DNA from: Microcystis aeruginosa NIES-843
GTDB lineage: Bacteria; Cyanobacteriota; Cyanobacteriia; Cyanobacteriales; Microcystaceae
Reading direction: 5' to 3'
Assembly: GCF_000010625.1 (NCBI RefSeq)
Contig: NC_010296.1
Location: forward strand, 1,140,001 to 1,172,000
DNA length: 32,000 nt
The translations under genes and the position numbers were made by a program. Shown here one piece after another: positions 6,677 to 17,521 of this stretch; the stretch's first letter is position 1; the number at the start of each line of letters is the position of its first letter. A model generated the notes under the pieces. The model did not search any database. It was given only the letters and a program-made list of their open reading frames with translations, and had not been told where the DNA came from.

Positions 6677-7015
6677 ATGAAATCTGCCACATTATTATCG
6701 CCCGATCGACCGCTGCCAGAATTTCTCCGGTCAGCTATCCAAGACCGCTTTCCGGGGAAAGCGATCGATGATCTCAGCATCCGCTACTATGAAAGCGTCG
6801 AGGATGTGGGATACGAGTATTTTAACGATCGGGTGTTGCCGTCCTGTAGCGATGAGCCTGTCGTCCGCTATCTTGTCCCGTTTATATCCTACGTCCGTCT
6901 AGGAGAAGCGTTAGTTTTGGATCGGCAAGACGGTCTTGTGGTTTACGAAACCGAACGAGATGTTCCCTGCACGGAAACTGGACCTTTCTGGTTGGTGACT
7001 CCTAAATCGCGCTGA
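6677..7015 (+). CDS. Hypothetical protein (112 aa)
   Basis: This is track ORF 6539..7015. I prefer the internal ATG at 6677 (MKSATLLSPDRPLPEF...), which follows GGGGGAAAAGCC. The upstream 46 codons look like leader sequence. I recognise no family. Confidence 0.55.
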   Translation: MKSATLLSPDRPLPEFLRSAIQDRFPGKAIDDLSIRYYESVEDVGYEYFNDRVLPSCSDEPVVRYLVPFISYVRLGEALVLDRQDGLVVYETERDVPCTETGPFWLVTPKSR

Positions 7016-7063
7016 AAAACCCAACCCAAGTTAAGCAGCTGAATTGGGAAAACTTAATAGTTA

Positions 7064-7276
7064 GGGTTGGCTGAATAAATCTAAAAACCTTGTTGGGTAA
7101 GACTTTTAGACTTTGGGGAGGTCAAAAAGTACCAGATATGGTAGTGATCAGGGGGAGAATTCAGGGACTTTTTCCCTGAAAATTAGGTAGTTTACCAGAT
7201 GAAAATGGGTAAAACCCTACACCCCACACCCCACACCCCACACCCTGCCCCCAGGAAAGACTTTTTCAGCCAACCC
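7064..7276 (+). mobile_element. MITE copy 1 (~213 bp) with terminal inverted repeats and flanking direct repeats
   Basis: TIR GGGTTGGCTGAA...TTCAGCCAACCC. It is flanked by TAGTTA on both sides (7058..7063 and 7277..7282). It has an internal 7-bp hairpin TCAGGGA/TCCCTGA and a short CCCCACA run. It is collinear with 25640..25853, with roughly nine in ten bases identical by eye. Confidence 0.8.
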
Positions 7277-7327
7277 TAGTTAAGACTCGACGGGTGGAGT
7301 CGGCAAGCAGCAAAACCCGTCGAATTT

Positions 7328-8260
7328 TTATAACGCTTGCGATCGCAACCAAGCCACGGGTAAATAGAGCATTTTCTTGGGTAAAGGCACGAAGGCACGA
7401 CGGGCGAAGACATCGTAGTTATTTGCTTCAATTACGTCTAAAATGCCTTGATAAAGCAGTAAAGCCGCCCAAACCGGCCAACGGGAATCGGGATTAAGGG
7501 CGCGAATCCCCCTTTCGGCGGAATCGTAGTAATAACGAGCGCGCTCAATTTGGAAGCGCATTAACGCCTGCCAACGGTGATCATTAACCCCTTTGAGTAA
7601 ATCGTCTTCGCTGTAGTTAAAACGCTCTAAATCCTCTAAAGGTAGATAAATCCGCCCACGATGGACATCTTCCCCCACATCCCGCAAAATATTGGTTAAT
7701 TGATTGGCAATACCGAGATCGATCGCTTCTTCTTGCGGAATATAGACGCTTTGATTGCGCCGCCAAGGGGCAGAGCGATCGCCATCTTCCAATCCTAACA
7801 CCGCGCTGGACATTAACCCCACCGTCCCCGCTACCCGATAGCAGTACAGTTTTAGTTCATCAAAGGTTTGATAACGACTGCGATAGAGATCCATCTGTTG
7901 CCCGGCGATCATATCCCGAAAGGGTTGGATATCCATGGGGAACTTTTCTAGAGTATCCACGAGAGCGACATCGGCATCCTCGATGGCAACCCCAGAAAAG
8001 ACGGTTTCTAGCTGTTTTTCCCATAAATCGAGGGTTTCAGGGGTAGTTAACCGGGCTTGGGGGCCATCGACCAGTTCATCGGTACGACGACACCAGACAT
8101 AAATTGCCCAGATCGCTTGACGTTTTGCTTTCGGCATCAGGAGAGTACCGAGATAAAACGTTTTGGAATACTTCTCTGTAATCCGGCGACAGAGTTCGTA
8201 GGACTCCGCAAGGGAGACGAGGGGTTTGGTGGGGTGGGTCGGTTTTGGCAATTGGAGCAT
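7328..8260 (-). CDS. crtB: Phytoene synthase
   Basis: Motifs YELCRRITEKYSKTFYLGTLLMP, YVWCRRTDELVDG and NILRDVGED. Length 310 aa. It lies directly downstream of pds. Confidence 0.95.
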   Translation of the reverse strand: MLQLPKPTHPTKPLVSLAESYELCRRITEKYSKTFYLGTLLMPKAKRQAIWAIYVWCRRTDELVDGPQARLTTPETLDLWEKQLETVFSGVAIEDADVALVDTLEKFPMDIQPFRDMIAGQQMDLYRSRYQTFDELKLYCYRVAGTVGLMSSAVLGLEDGDRSAPWRRNQSVYIPQEEAIDLGIANQLTNILRDVGEDVHRGRIYLPLEDLERFNYSEDDLLKGVNDHRWQALMRFQIERARYYYDSAERGIRALNPDSRWPVWAALLLYQGILDVIEANNYDVFARRAFVPLPKKMLYLPVAWLRSQAL

Positions 8261-8365
8261 TCTGCTGGGGCGGAATGATTGACTTAGATTAACGGCGAAC
8301 TGTGGCTAATGATATAGCATTGTCTCACTCAAGGCCATTTTCGTCATTAGTCCCTAGCCAGAGAA

Positions 8366-9802
<1,437 letters not shown>

Positions 9803-9950
9803 CTATCTACTCTCTAATGTCTTGTCTTTATCACATTCGCTATTATACTTCACATTTCGTTACATTTTTTTCAGCTTATCGAGAAGTCAGGGGGCAGGAG
9901 GCGGCTTTGTTCTCCCCACACCCCACTTCCTTGATAACTGCTGACTGCTT

Positions 9951-10020
9951 ACTGGTCACTGATAACTGATAACTGGTCACTGATAACTGATAACTGGTCA
10001 CTGATAACTGATAACTGATA
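9951..10020 (+). repeat. Tandem repeat, 21-bp unit ACTGGTCACTGATAACTGATA x3.3, built from CTGATAA heptamers
   Basis: Units at 9951, 9972 and 9993, plus a partial unit. It is preceded by a 2-unit CCCCACA stub at 9914..9926. It lies 70 bp upstream of the ATPase start codon. Confidence 0.9.
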
Positions 10021-10090
10021 TTGTGATATGTAATTAGCTTAATTCGCTTACCTTTTTAGTTCACGCGTACACCCTCTTCAATCGATCGCT

Positions 10091-12871
10091 ATGACTTTTC
10101 CCACTACGTCACCTCAAGTCTCGGAAATAGAGAATAATCGTGCTTGGCATAATTTAACTGGGGAACAAACCCTAGAAATACTGAGAACCAATGGGGAAAC
10201 TGGCTTAATCGAGGCGGAAATTGTTAAAAGAAAGGATTTTTTCGGATTAAATGAACTAAAAGAAACGGGGGGACGTAGCCCGTTAATGATTTTATGGGAA
10301 CAGTTTACTAACATTATGTTAGTGATGCTGATCGCCGTGGCGGTGGTTTCGGCAGTTTTGGACCTGAAAAAAGGGGAATTTCCCAAAGACGCGATCGCTA
10401 TTTTTACAATTGTTATTTTAAACGGTATTTTAGGATATTTACAGGAAAGTCGGGCAGAAAAGGCATTAGCAGCCCTTAAGCAGTTATCCTCGCCCAAAGT
10501 TAGAGTTATTCGTAATGGTAGCACCTTTGAAGTGACGGCCAAGGAACTTGTCCCCGGGGATATCATGTTACTGGAAGCGGGGGTACAAATTGCCGCCGAT
10601 GGCAGATTATTAGAAGCACAAAACCTGCAAATTCGCGAAGCTGCCCTCACGGGGGAAGCGGAATCGGTGAATAAACAAGCACAGAAGGTTTTACCAGAAG
10701 ATGCCTCTTTGGGCGATCGCATTAACCTCGTCTATCAGGGTACAGAAGTAGTACAGGGACGGGGGAAAGTGGCGATTACCAAGACGGGAATGGACACGGA
10801 AATCGGTAAAATCGCCGCCATGTTACAAGGAGTAGAAAGTGAACCCACACCCCTACAGCAGCGAATGTCGCAGTTAGGTAACGTTTTAGTGAGTAGTTCC
10901 CTAGCTTTAGTGGCTGTAGTCGTGCTTGGTGGCGTAATTCGCTTTGGTTGGCAGTTTTTTGAATCATTCCTCGAAACTTCCCTCAGTATGGCTGTGGCCG
11001 TTGTTCCCGAAGGTTTACCGGCAGTGGTAACGGTGACTTTGGCAATTGGAACCCAAAGAATGGTGAGAAGACAAGCTTTAATCCGTAAATTGCCGGCAGT
11101 GGAAACCTTAGGCTCGGTAACGACGATTTGCTCCGATAAAACCGGAACTTTAACTCAAAATAAAATGGTGGTGCAGAAAGTTAATACTTCCGAGCAGACA
11201 ATTACTGTCACGGGGGAAGGTTACGCGCCCATCGGTGAGTTTAATGGTGCTAGTGAAAGTGATCCCGAACTACAGGCAATTTTAACGGCTTGTGTGCTGT
11301 GTAATGATGCACTTTTGCAAAATAAAGCTCAAGAATGGTCAATTTTAGGCGATCCCACCGAAGGAGCTTTACTGACGTTAGCGGGTAAAGGAGGACTATA
11401 TCGGGAAGCATTGGCACCACAAAGCCCTCGTTTAGGCGAATTTCCCTTTTCTTCCGAAAGAAAGAGAATGTCAGTAATCTGTGAGAATGCCCAGTTAGGT
11501 TTGGGGGATTCTGCCTATTTAATGTTTACCAAAGGATCACCGGAATTAATTCTCGAACGTTGTTCTCTGATCCAAGTTGGGGCGGAAAGTCAACCCTTAA
11601 CACCTGAACAAAGAAGCCGTATTTTGGCACAAAATGACGAAATGGCGGGTAATGGCCTACGAGTTTTAGGTTTTTCCTATAAACCGATGACAGAAGTGCC
11701 AGAAGCGGAAAGAGAAGATAGTGAGGAACAATCCCTGGTTTGGTTGGGATTGGTGGGAATGCTCGATGCACCCCGCAAAGAAGTTAAAGAAGCGGTTGCC
11801 CTCTGTCGTCAAGCGGGAATTCGTCCGATTATGATTACCGGAGATCACCAATTAACGGCCAAGGCGATCGCCATTGAATTAGGCATTGCTGCCCCCGGGG
11901 AGCGAGTAATCACGGGTAAAGAATTAGAAAAAATGTCTCAGAATGACCTAGAGGGAGAGGTAGATGGTGTTAGCGTCTATGCTCGCGTTTCTCCCGAACA
12001 TAAGCTGAGAATCGTCCAAGCTTTGCAAAAACGGGGCAAATTCGTCGCCATGACGGGGGACGGGGTGAACGATGCTCCGGCACTAAAACAAGCGGATATC
12101 GGTATCGCCATGGGGATTACGGGAACCGATGTCAGCAAAGAAGCCAGTGATATGATTTTGCTAGATGATAATTTTGCCACCATCGTCGCCGCCACCGAAG
12201 AAGGGCGCGTGGTTTACAGTAACATTCGGCGCTTTATTAAATACATTCTCGGCAGTAATATTGGCGAGGTTTTAACGATTGCAGCGGCTCCTCTGCTCGG
12301 TTTAGGCGGTGTACCCCTTTCTCCCTTGCAAATCCTCTGGATGAACCTTGTCACCGACGGTTTACCGGCTCTTGCTCTGGCAATGGAACCCGCCGAACCT
12401 AATGTGATGAAACGTCCACCTTTTAGCCCCCGGGAAAGCATTTTCGCCCGCGGTTTGGGTTGGTATATGATTCGCATCGGCATCGTCTTTGCCATTCTCA
12501 CCATTATTATGATGTACTGGGCTTACCGATATACTCAAGCAACTCCCGAAATCGGAGATCCCGGACGTTGGAAAACCATGGTATTTACTACCCTCTGTTT
12601 AGCACAAATGGGTCATGCTTTGGCGGTGCGTTCCCATACCCAGTTAGCTGTGCAAATGAATCCCTTCTCTAATCCTTACATTATTGCTGCCGTGGGCTTG
12701 ACAACGATCCTACAATTGTTGTTAATTTATGCTCCTCCCCTACAAAGCTTCTTCGGTACTCAATGGATTAGTGGCACAGAATTATTAATCTGTTTTGGAT
12801 TTAGTGCCTTAATGTTTGTTTGGATTGAGTTGGAGAAGTTATTTATTCGCTGGTTCATGACGAAAAAATAA
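10091..12871 (+). CDS. pacL: P-type ATPase, type IIA (SERCA/PacL-like Ca2+-transporting)
   Basis: Motifs [37 protein letters not shown] and [24 protein letters not shown]. Length 926 aa with 10 hydrophobic segments. Substrate assignment and symbol are by family resemblance only. Confidence 0.9.
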   Translation: MTFPTTSPQVSEIENNRAWHNLTGEQTLEILRTNGETGLIEAEIVKRKDFFGLNELKETGGRSPLMILWEQFTNIMLVMLIAVAVVSAVLDLKKGEFPKDAIAIFTIVILNGILGYLQESRAEKALAALKQLSSPKVRVIRNGSTFEVTAKELVPGDIMLLEAGVQIAADGRLLEAQNLQIREAALTGEAESVNKQAQKVLPEDASLGDRINLVYQGTEVVQGRGKVAITKTGMDTEIGKIAAMLQGVESEPTPLQQRMSQLGNVLVSSSLALVAVVVLGGVIRFGWQFFESFLETSLSMAVAVVPEGLPAVVTVTLAIGTQRMVRRQALIRKLPAVETLGSVTTICSDKTGTLTQNKMVVQKVNTSEQTITVTGEGYAPIGEFNGASESDPELQAILTACVLCNDALLQNKAQEWSILGDPTEGALLTLAGKGGLYREALAPQSPRLGEFPFSSERKRMSVICENAQLGLGDSAYLMFTKGSPELILERCSLIQVGAESQPLTPEQRSRILAQNDEMAGNGLRVLGFSYKPMTEVPEAEREDSEEQSLVWLGLVGMLDAPRKEVKEAVALCRQAGIRPIMITGDHQLTAKAIAIELGIAAPGERVITGKELEKMSQNDLEGEVDGVSVYARVSPEHKLRIVQALQKRGKFVAMTGDGVNDAPALKQADIGIAMGITGTDVSKEASDMILLDDNFATIVAATEEGRVVYSNIRRFIKYILGSNIGEVLTIAAAPLLGLGGVPLSPLQILWMNLVTDGLPALALAMEPAEPNVMKRPPFSPRESIFARGLGWYMIRIGIVFAILTIIMMYWAYRYTQATPEIGDPGRWKTMVFTTLCLAQMGHALAVRSHTQLAVQMNPFSNPYIIAAVGLTTILQLLLIYAPPLQSFFGTQWISGTELLICFGFSALMFVWIELEKLFIRWFMTKK

Positions 12872-12875
12872 ATCA

Positions 12876-14675
12876 ATGCCAACACCAATTATTCTGACTT
12901 TAACGGTTTTAGTCGTTGCTTTAGTCGCTTTCGTGGCAGAATGGCTACCGGTAGATTTAACCGCTTTATGCGTGGCTATTGTCCTCATTCTTTTGGGTTT
13001 AGTTACTCCCGAAGAAGGTATCGCCGGATTTAGTAATTCTGCCACGGTGACGGTGATGGCGATGTTTGTGCTTAGTGCTGGAATTACCCGCACGGGAGTG
13101 ATTCAAGTAATTCGCGATCGCTTGCTGGTTTGGGGGGGCAAAAATCCCCACCAACAGGTATTTGTCTTAGGGGCATTAGTGGGGCCGATTAGTGCTTTTA
13201 TTAATAACACGGCAGTGGTGGCGATCTTTTTACCTATCGTTGAAGATTGGTGTAAAAAACAAAAAATTTCCCCTTCTAAGTTATTAATTCCCCTTTCCTA
13301 CGCCACGGTTTTAGCGGGGATGATTACCGTGGTAGGAACTTCTACTAACATTCTCGCTAGTGGTATTTCTGCCAAGCTGGGTTATGGGGAATTTAGCTTA
13401 TTTCAATTCACTGCTTTAGGATTAGTAACTTTTTTGGCAGGTTTGATTTATTTAACAATTTTTGCCCCGAAATTACTACCCGATCGCAAATCTTCCACCG
13501 GGGAATTTTTAGAGGATGATTATGGTTCTAAAGTATATCTGAGTGAGGTAATTATTACCCCTCGTTCTAATCTTATCGGTCAAACTTTATCCCAAAGTGG
13601 ACTACAAAGAAAGTTTAATTTTGATGTGTTGGAATTAATCAGAAATAAGGTACATTTACCCCAACCTTTAGCTGATAAAGTTCTCAATGCTGGCGACATT
13701 TTAATCGTTCACAGTAGTCGAGAAGAACTATTAAAAATTAAAGATGAACGAGGCTTAGAAATCTTTGCCGATGTCAAATTTCAGAAAGGAGATATTGAAT
13801 CGACAATTACTACAGGTGAGGAAAAATTAGCCGAGGTTTTGCTTCTCTCTAATTCCCGTTTAATTGGGACAACTTTAAAAGATTTGAAATTCCGTCAGCG
13901 TTATAACGCAACGGTTTTAGCGATTCGGCGTGGTTCAGAATTACTGCAAGGAAGATTAGGGAAAATTCCTTTAAAGTTTGGCGATTTGCTCTTGGTTCAG
14001 GGACCAAAACAGAGTTTTATTGGTTTACAAACCACGCGAGAATTATTAGTCTTAGAAGAAAAAGAGATCGAATCATTGCGACAGGATAAAGGCATTATTG
14101 CTTTAATGATTACTTTGTTGGTGATTATTATTGCTGCTTTTGATATTCAACCGATTCTCGTCACCAGTTTAGTTGGGGTGGTTTTAATGGTAATTACTGG
14201 CTGTCTAAAACCGGGGGAAGTCTATGGTTCCATTCGTTGGGATATTATCTTTTTATTAGCGGGTTTAATTCCCCTGGGTACTGCCATGGATAACTCGGGA
14301 ACGACTAAATGGTTGGCAGATAATTTAGTGGCTATCGGCGGCAATCTTTCGGGGTTTTGGATCTTAGTTTTTTTCTATCTAATTACTTCAGTTTTAACCG
14401 AAATCCTCTCTAATAACGCCGCCGTGGTTTTAATGATTCCCGTCGCCGTGGAAGTGGCGAAAACTTTGGGTTTAAATCCTTTGGCTTTTATGTATGCTGT
14501 CACCTTTGCTGCTTCTAATAGTTATCTAACACCAATTGGCTATCAAACTAACACCATGGTTTATGCACCTGGCGGCTATAAATTCCTCGATTTTACCCGT
14601 TTGGGTGCGCCCCTAAATTTAATTTTGACGATTTTAACCCCTAGTTTAATTGTCTTGTTTTATGGCTTGAAATAA
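12876..14675 (+). CDS. SLC13/DASS-superfamily permease with two central TrkA_C (RCK_C) domains
   Basis: Two hydrophobic transporter halves flank a ~200-aa soluble insert with duplicated L.E..I...S.L.G.TL... segments. Length 599 aa. It starts 4 nt after the ATPase stop codon. Confidence 0.85.
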   Translation: MPTPIILTLTVLVVALVAFVAEWLPVDLTALCVAIVLILLGLVTPEEGIAGFSNSATVTVMAMFVLSAGITRTGVIQVIRDRLLVWGGKNPHQQVFVLGALVGPISAFINNTAVVAIFLPIVEDWCKKQKISPSKLLIPLSYATVLAGMITVVGTSTNILASGISAKLGYGEFSLFQFTALGLVTFLAGLIYLTIFAPKLLPDRKSSTGEFLEDDYGSKVYLSEVIITPRSNLIGQTLSQSGLQRKFNFDVLELIRNKVHLPQPLADKVLNAGDILIVHSSREELLKIKDERGLEIFADVKFQKGDIESTITTGEEKLAEVLLLSNSRLIGTTLKDLKFRQRYNATVLAIRRGSELLQGRLGKIPLKFGDLLLVQGPKQSFIGLQTTRELLVLEEKEIESLRQDKGIIALMITLLVIIIAAFDIQPILVTSLVGVVLMVITGCLKPGEVYGSIRWDIIFLLAGLIPLGTAMDNSGTTKWLADNLVAIGGNLSGFWILVFFYLITSVLTEILSNNAAVVLMIPVAVEVAKTLGLNPLAFMYAVTFAASNSYLTPIGYQTNTMVYAPGGYKFLDFTRLGAPLNLILTILTPSLIVLFYGLK

Positions 14676-14680
14676 AGAAA

Positions 14681-14703
14681 GAGATCGAAGAATCTTCGCT
14701 CTC
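14681..14703 (-). terminator. Hairpin terminator for the minus-strand TPR gene
   Basis: GAGATCGAAG-AAT-CTTCGCTCTC, 10 bp with 1 mismatch. On the minus strand it is followed by TTTCTTTATT (plus-strand 14671..14680). Confidence 0.45.
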
Positions 14704-14729
14704 TAAAAAGAATTTGATAGTAGTCAAAA

Positions 14730-15266
14730 CTATTTCGATTCAGCGAAGCGTTTACGCAGGGATTCGGCTCGCTTTTTCGCCACGGTGTTATTAGGATCAA
14801 ATTTGAGAGTTTCTTCGTAGGTTTCGAGAGCTTTTTTAGCCATTTGTTTCTTTTCGTAAACATTGCCAAGATTATTGAGAGCGATCGAGTATTGAGGATA
14901 AAGTTTAATGGCTTCTTTGTAGTTACGAATCGCTAATTCTAATTGTTCTTGAGCAAAATAGGAAAAACCGATCGCATTGTAGATTAGGGCTTGATTTTCT
15001 GGTTCGATGCTTTCTTCCTCAGAGATTTTTAAAGCCTTTTGTAGTAAACTCAATGCTTGAACATAGAGTTTTTTATCGAGATAAAGACTCCCTAATTCAT
15101 AGTATTCTTTAGCTGTACCTTTTTCTTTTTGCAATTTCTTTTGTAGCTTGTTAAAGGTTCCTTCCACTCGGCGGGTTTTAAAGATTTGCACGATGACAAA
15201 AATTCCTAAACCAATCACGAAAATTAGCAATCCAGAAACGTAAATAAGCGGCAGGGTATCTTCCAT
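14730..15266 (-). CDS. TPR protein with an N-terminal transmembrane anchor (Ycf37/Pyg7-like architecture)
   Basis: N-terminal TM helix LPLIYVSGLLIFVIGLGIFVIVQIF, then three TPR units (YYELGSLYLDKKLYVQALSLLQKAL...). Length 178 aa. Confidence 0.8.
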   Translation of the reverse strand: MEDTLPLIYVSGLLIFVIGLGIFVIVQIFKTRRVEGTFNKLQKKLQKEKGTAKEYYELGSLYLDKKLYVQALSLLQKALKISEEESIEPENQALIYNAIGFSYFAQEQLELAIRNYKEAIKLYPQYSIALNNLGNVYEKKQMAKKALETYEETLKFDPNNTVAKKRAESLRKRFAESK

Positions 15267-15327
15267 AATTAGCGATCGAGCAATTAATATTTTTATACTT
15301 ATTCACTCAGATTATAGCAGGATTTAG

Positions 15328-15366
15328 TCAGTTATCAGTTGTCAGTTATCAGTTGTCAGTTATCAG
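15328..15366 (+). repeat. Tandem CAGTTATCAGTTGT (14-bp) array, the reverse complement of CTGATAA-type heptamers
   Basis: About 2.8 units, separated from the CCCCACA array by CTTTTTTCT. Confidence 0.9.
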
Positions 15367-15375
15367 CTTTTTTCT

Positions 15376-15471
15376 CCCCACACCCCACACCCCACACCCC
15401 ACACCCCACACCCCACACCCCACACCCCACACCCCACACCCTACACCCCACACCCCACACCCCACACCCCA
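15376..15471 (+). repeat. (CCCCACA)n heptamer tandem array, about 13-14 units (STRR-like). The G-rich strand is the minus strand.
   Basis: Direct reading, with one variant unit CCCTACA. It starts 5 nt beyond the stop codon of the minus-strand gene 15477..16259. Confidence 0.95.
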
Positions 15472-15476
15472 TCACC

Positions 15477-16259
15477 CTATCTCCCCATTTCCCGAATTCT
15501 CAGGGGTAAGCCCCAATAGTTCACCCGTTCTACTAACCAGCCGGTGGATTCTAGCCGCTCGATCGCTTGATTGACGCGTTCTCGGAGACTTTGGTACTGT
15601 AAACCTTTAGGGAGAACGACTCCTAGAGCGATCGCACCCAACTGGATCGGTAATTGACGATAATTGGGGAATTGCTGCACCCAACCAGTTAAAAGGCTAT
15701 TATCAGCCGCAAAAGCGTCTATTTCCCCCGTTTCCAGTAAATTTAAAGCTTCTTGATAGGAAGCAACCCCGCGCAGGGTAGCCTTAGGTAAATGGGAACG
15801 CACAAGGGCGATTGTCGTCGAGCCGTTGAGTACGGCGATTCTAGAGTTAGCTAGGTCTTCTAAACGCTGAAATAGCAGGTTTTTCGTCACAAAACCGCTG
15901 CTATCGAGGTAATAAAAGGGGCTAAAATCCACTAAGCGCTGACGTGCGGGAGTAATCGCCACACGAGCGATCGCAAAATCTACTCGATCATCAATAACCA
16001 CCTGTAAACGTTCTTGATTACTAACGGGTTTGAGAATAATAGCAGTATCAGAACCGAGAATTTCTTCAGCTAGACGTTTAGCGATGTCGATTTCCAATCC
16101 TTGCAGATTGCCCTGAGAATCAAGGAAAGCGAGGGGAGGGAGATTATTTTTGACAGCGACAATTAATTTTCCCCGGCGTATAATCGTATCGAGATCGGCG
16201 CTAAAACTTGGGGCTACACCTAAGAGCAAAAAACCAAGAATAAATAACAAATTTTTCAT
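15477..16259 (-). CDS. Periplasmic solute-binding protein, family 3 (amino-acid-binding type)
   Basis: Signal peptide MKNLLFILGFLLLGVAPSFSA. SBP_bac_3-like pattern GKLIVAVKNNLPPLAFLDSQGNLQGLEIDIAKRLA...VDFAIA. Its ATG overlaps the upstream stop codon (ATGA). Confidence 0.85.
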   Translation of the reverse strand: MKNLLFILGFLLLGVAPSFSADLDTIIRRGKLIVAVKNNLPPLAFLDSQGNLQGLEIDIAKRLAEEILGSDTAIILKPVSNQERLQVVIDDRVDFAIARVAITPARQRLVDFSPFYYLDSSGFVTKNLLFQRLEDLANSRIAVLNGSTTIALVRSHLPKATLRGVASYQEALNLLETGEIDAFAADNSLLTGWVQQFPNYRQLPIQLGAIALGVVLPKGLQYQSLRERVNQAIERLESTGWLVERVNYWGLPLRIREMGR

Positions 16260-17191
16260 ACTGTTTTACCTAAACTAACTCGATTTCTACCTTGATTTTT
16301 AGCGGCGAACATGGCATGATCAGCCCGCTCGATCACCTCTTCCAGATTATTATCTTGAGGGCTAAATGTTGCCACACCGATACTAGCAGTAACTCGCACT
16401 TTTTGTTGAGCAAGTTCAATATTTAACTTGTTAATTACTTGACAAATGCGCTGGGCTGTGGTAGCAGCATCTTCAAGATTAGTTTCTGGGAGAATAGCGA
16501 CAAATTCCTCGCCCCCAAAGCGCCCAAAACTATCCACTTGACGCAGACAGGTTTTAATTGCCCCAGCGACAGTAATTAAAGTTTTGTTTCCCAGGGTATG
16601 ACCAAAGGTATCGTTAATATGTTTAAAATGGTCGATATCGATGAATAGAACCGAAAAATAACGATGATAACGACGACATCGTTGAAATTCTTTCTCACCT
16701 AAGTAGAGAATCTCTCGACGATTATTTACCCCAGTTAGGCTATCAGTTCTGACTAGCTTTTCTAGTTGAGAATTGATATTTTTCAGTTCTTCTTGAGTCT
16801 TTTTTAGTTCTAGATGAATTTTAACTCTGGCTAACAGTTCCCAACTATGAAATGGTTTATTTACATAGTCCACAGCCCCAGAATTAAAAGCATTGATAAT
16901 ATCTTCTTTTTCCTTACTATCTGTCACAAAGATAATTGGTATATGAGCGTATAAAGTGTCAGTTTTTAGTCTTCGACAAAGTTCTATTCCCCCCATATCT
17001 GGCATCATTAAGTCAAGAAGAATTAGGTCAGGATTAGCAGTTTTTACTCGTTCTATTGCCTGTTTAACACTACTAGCAAAACTGGTGGCATAACCAGCAG
17101 AATCAAGAATCTCCACAGCTAATTGGAGATTTTTGCCCACATCATCAACAACTAAAACTAGACAGTCTTCAGTAGAAAATTTAATCATCAT
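16256..17191 (-). CDS. Response regulator receiver plus GGDEF diguanylate cyclase
   Basis: REC domain (LVVDDVGKNL...DLILLDLMMPDMGG...KPF), a coiled-coil linker, and a GGDEF domain with an intact GGEEF active site. An RxxD I-site (RQVD) lies five residues upstream of GGEEF. Confidence 0.9.
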   Translation of the reverse strand: MMIKFSTEDCLVLVVDDVGKNLQLAVEILDSAGYATSFASSVKQAIERVKTANPDLILLDLMMPDMGGIELCRRLKTDTLYAHIPIIFVTDSKEKEDIINAFNSGAVDYVNKPFHSWELLARVKIHLELKKTQEELKNINSQLEKLVRTDSLTGVNNRREILYLGEKEFQRCRRYHRYFSVLFIDIDHFKHINDTFGHTLGNKTLITVAGAIKTCLRQVDSFGRFGGEEFVAILPETNLEDAATTAQRICQVINKLNIELAQQKVRVTASIGVATFSPQDNNLEEVIERADHAMFAAKNQGRNRVSLGKTV

Positions 17192-17521
17192 CAGTCAGTA
17201 TAAGTAATCAAGTTAAGGAGAAAATAGAGATACAATTATTAGTGATAAGCTGTTCGTAATTTAAATTGCTTGTTGAGACGAGGCAAGAGGCAAGAGTCAA
17301 CAGTAAAGGGATTGGGAGAGATTCGGCTAATCTAAGAATAAGCGGTTTAAATACCTCTTAGCTTACAGCATTTCTGATAAAAATGAAGTATGATGGGATT
17401 GGGCATCACCCCCAAAGGTTAAGCTTGTCCCTAGTTTCTAGAAGTACGCCTTTTTCGACTAGAATCAAAAAAGCCAGCCAGAATAGCCACAATTAAAAAA
17501 ATTTCTCCTCTTAGACTTGAC

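Noticed and set aside
9951-10020. Possible CRISPR array (this locus and the other tandem arrays at 15.3, 21.5 and 27.1 kb)
   Set aside because: The units are 7-21 bp and directly abutting, with no unique spacers. There are no cas genes in the window. These are STRR-type microsatellites.
10114-12504. Several minus-strand ORFs (10114..10722, 10776..10967, 11526..11851, 11977..12195, 12214..12504) inside the ATPase gene
   Set aside because: All are antisense shadows of a 926-aa gene with unmistakable P-type motifs, and their sequences are Ser/Arg/Pro-rich. The same reasoning applies to 12839..13093, 18733..19051, 20206..20430, 23458..23869, 25984..26205 and 27680..27967.
15353-15574. 73-aa ORF (PHTPHPTPHTPHP...) from the ORF track
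   Set aside because: It is simply the translation of the CCCCACA heptamer array, which has no stop codon in any frame. It has no start context and overlaps the 3' end of the real minus-strand gene.
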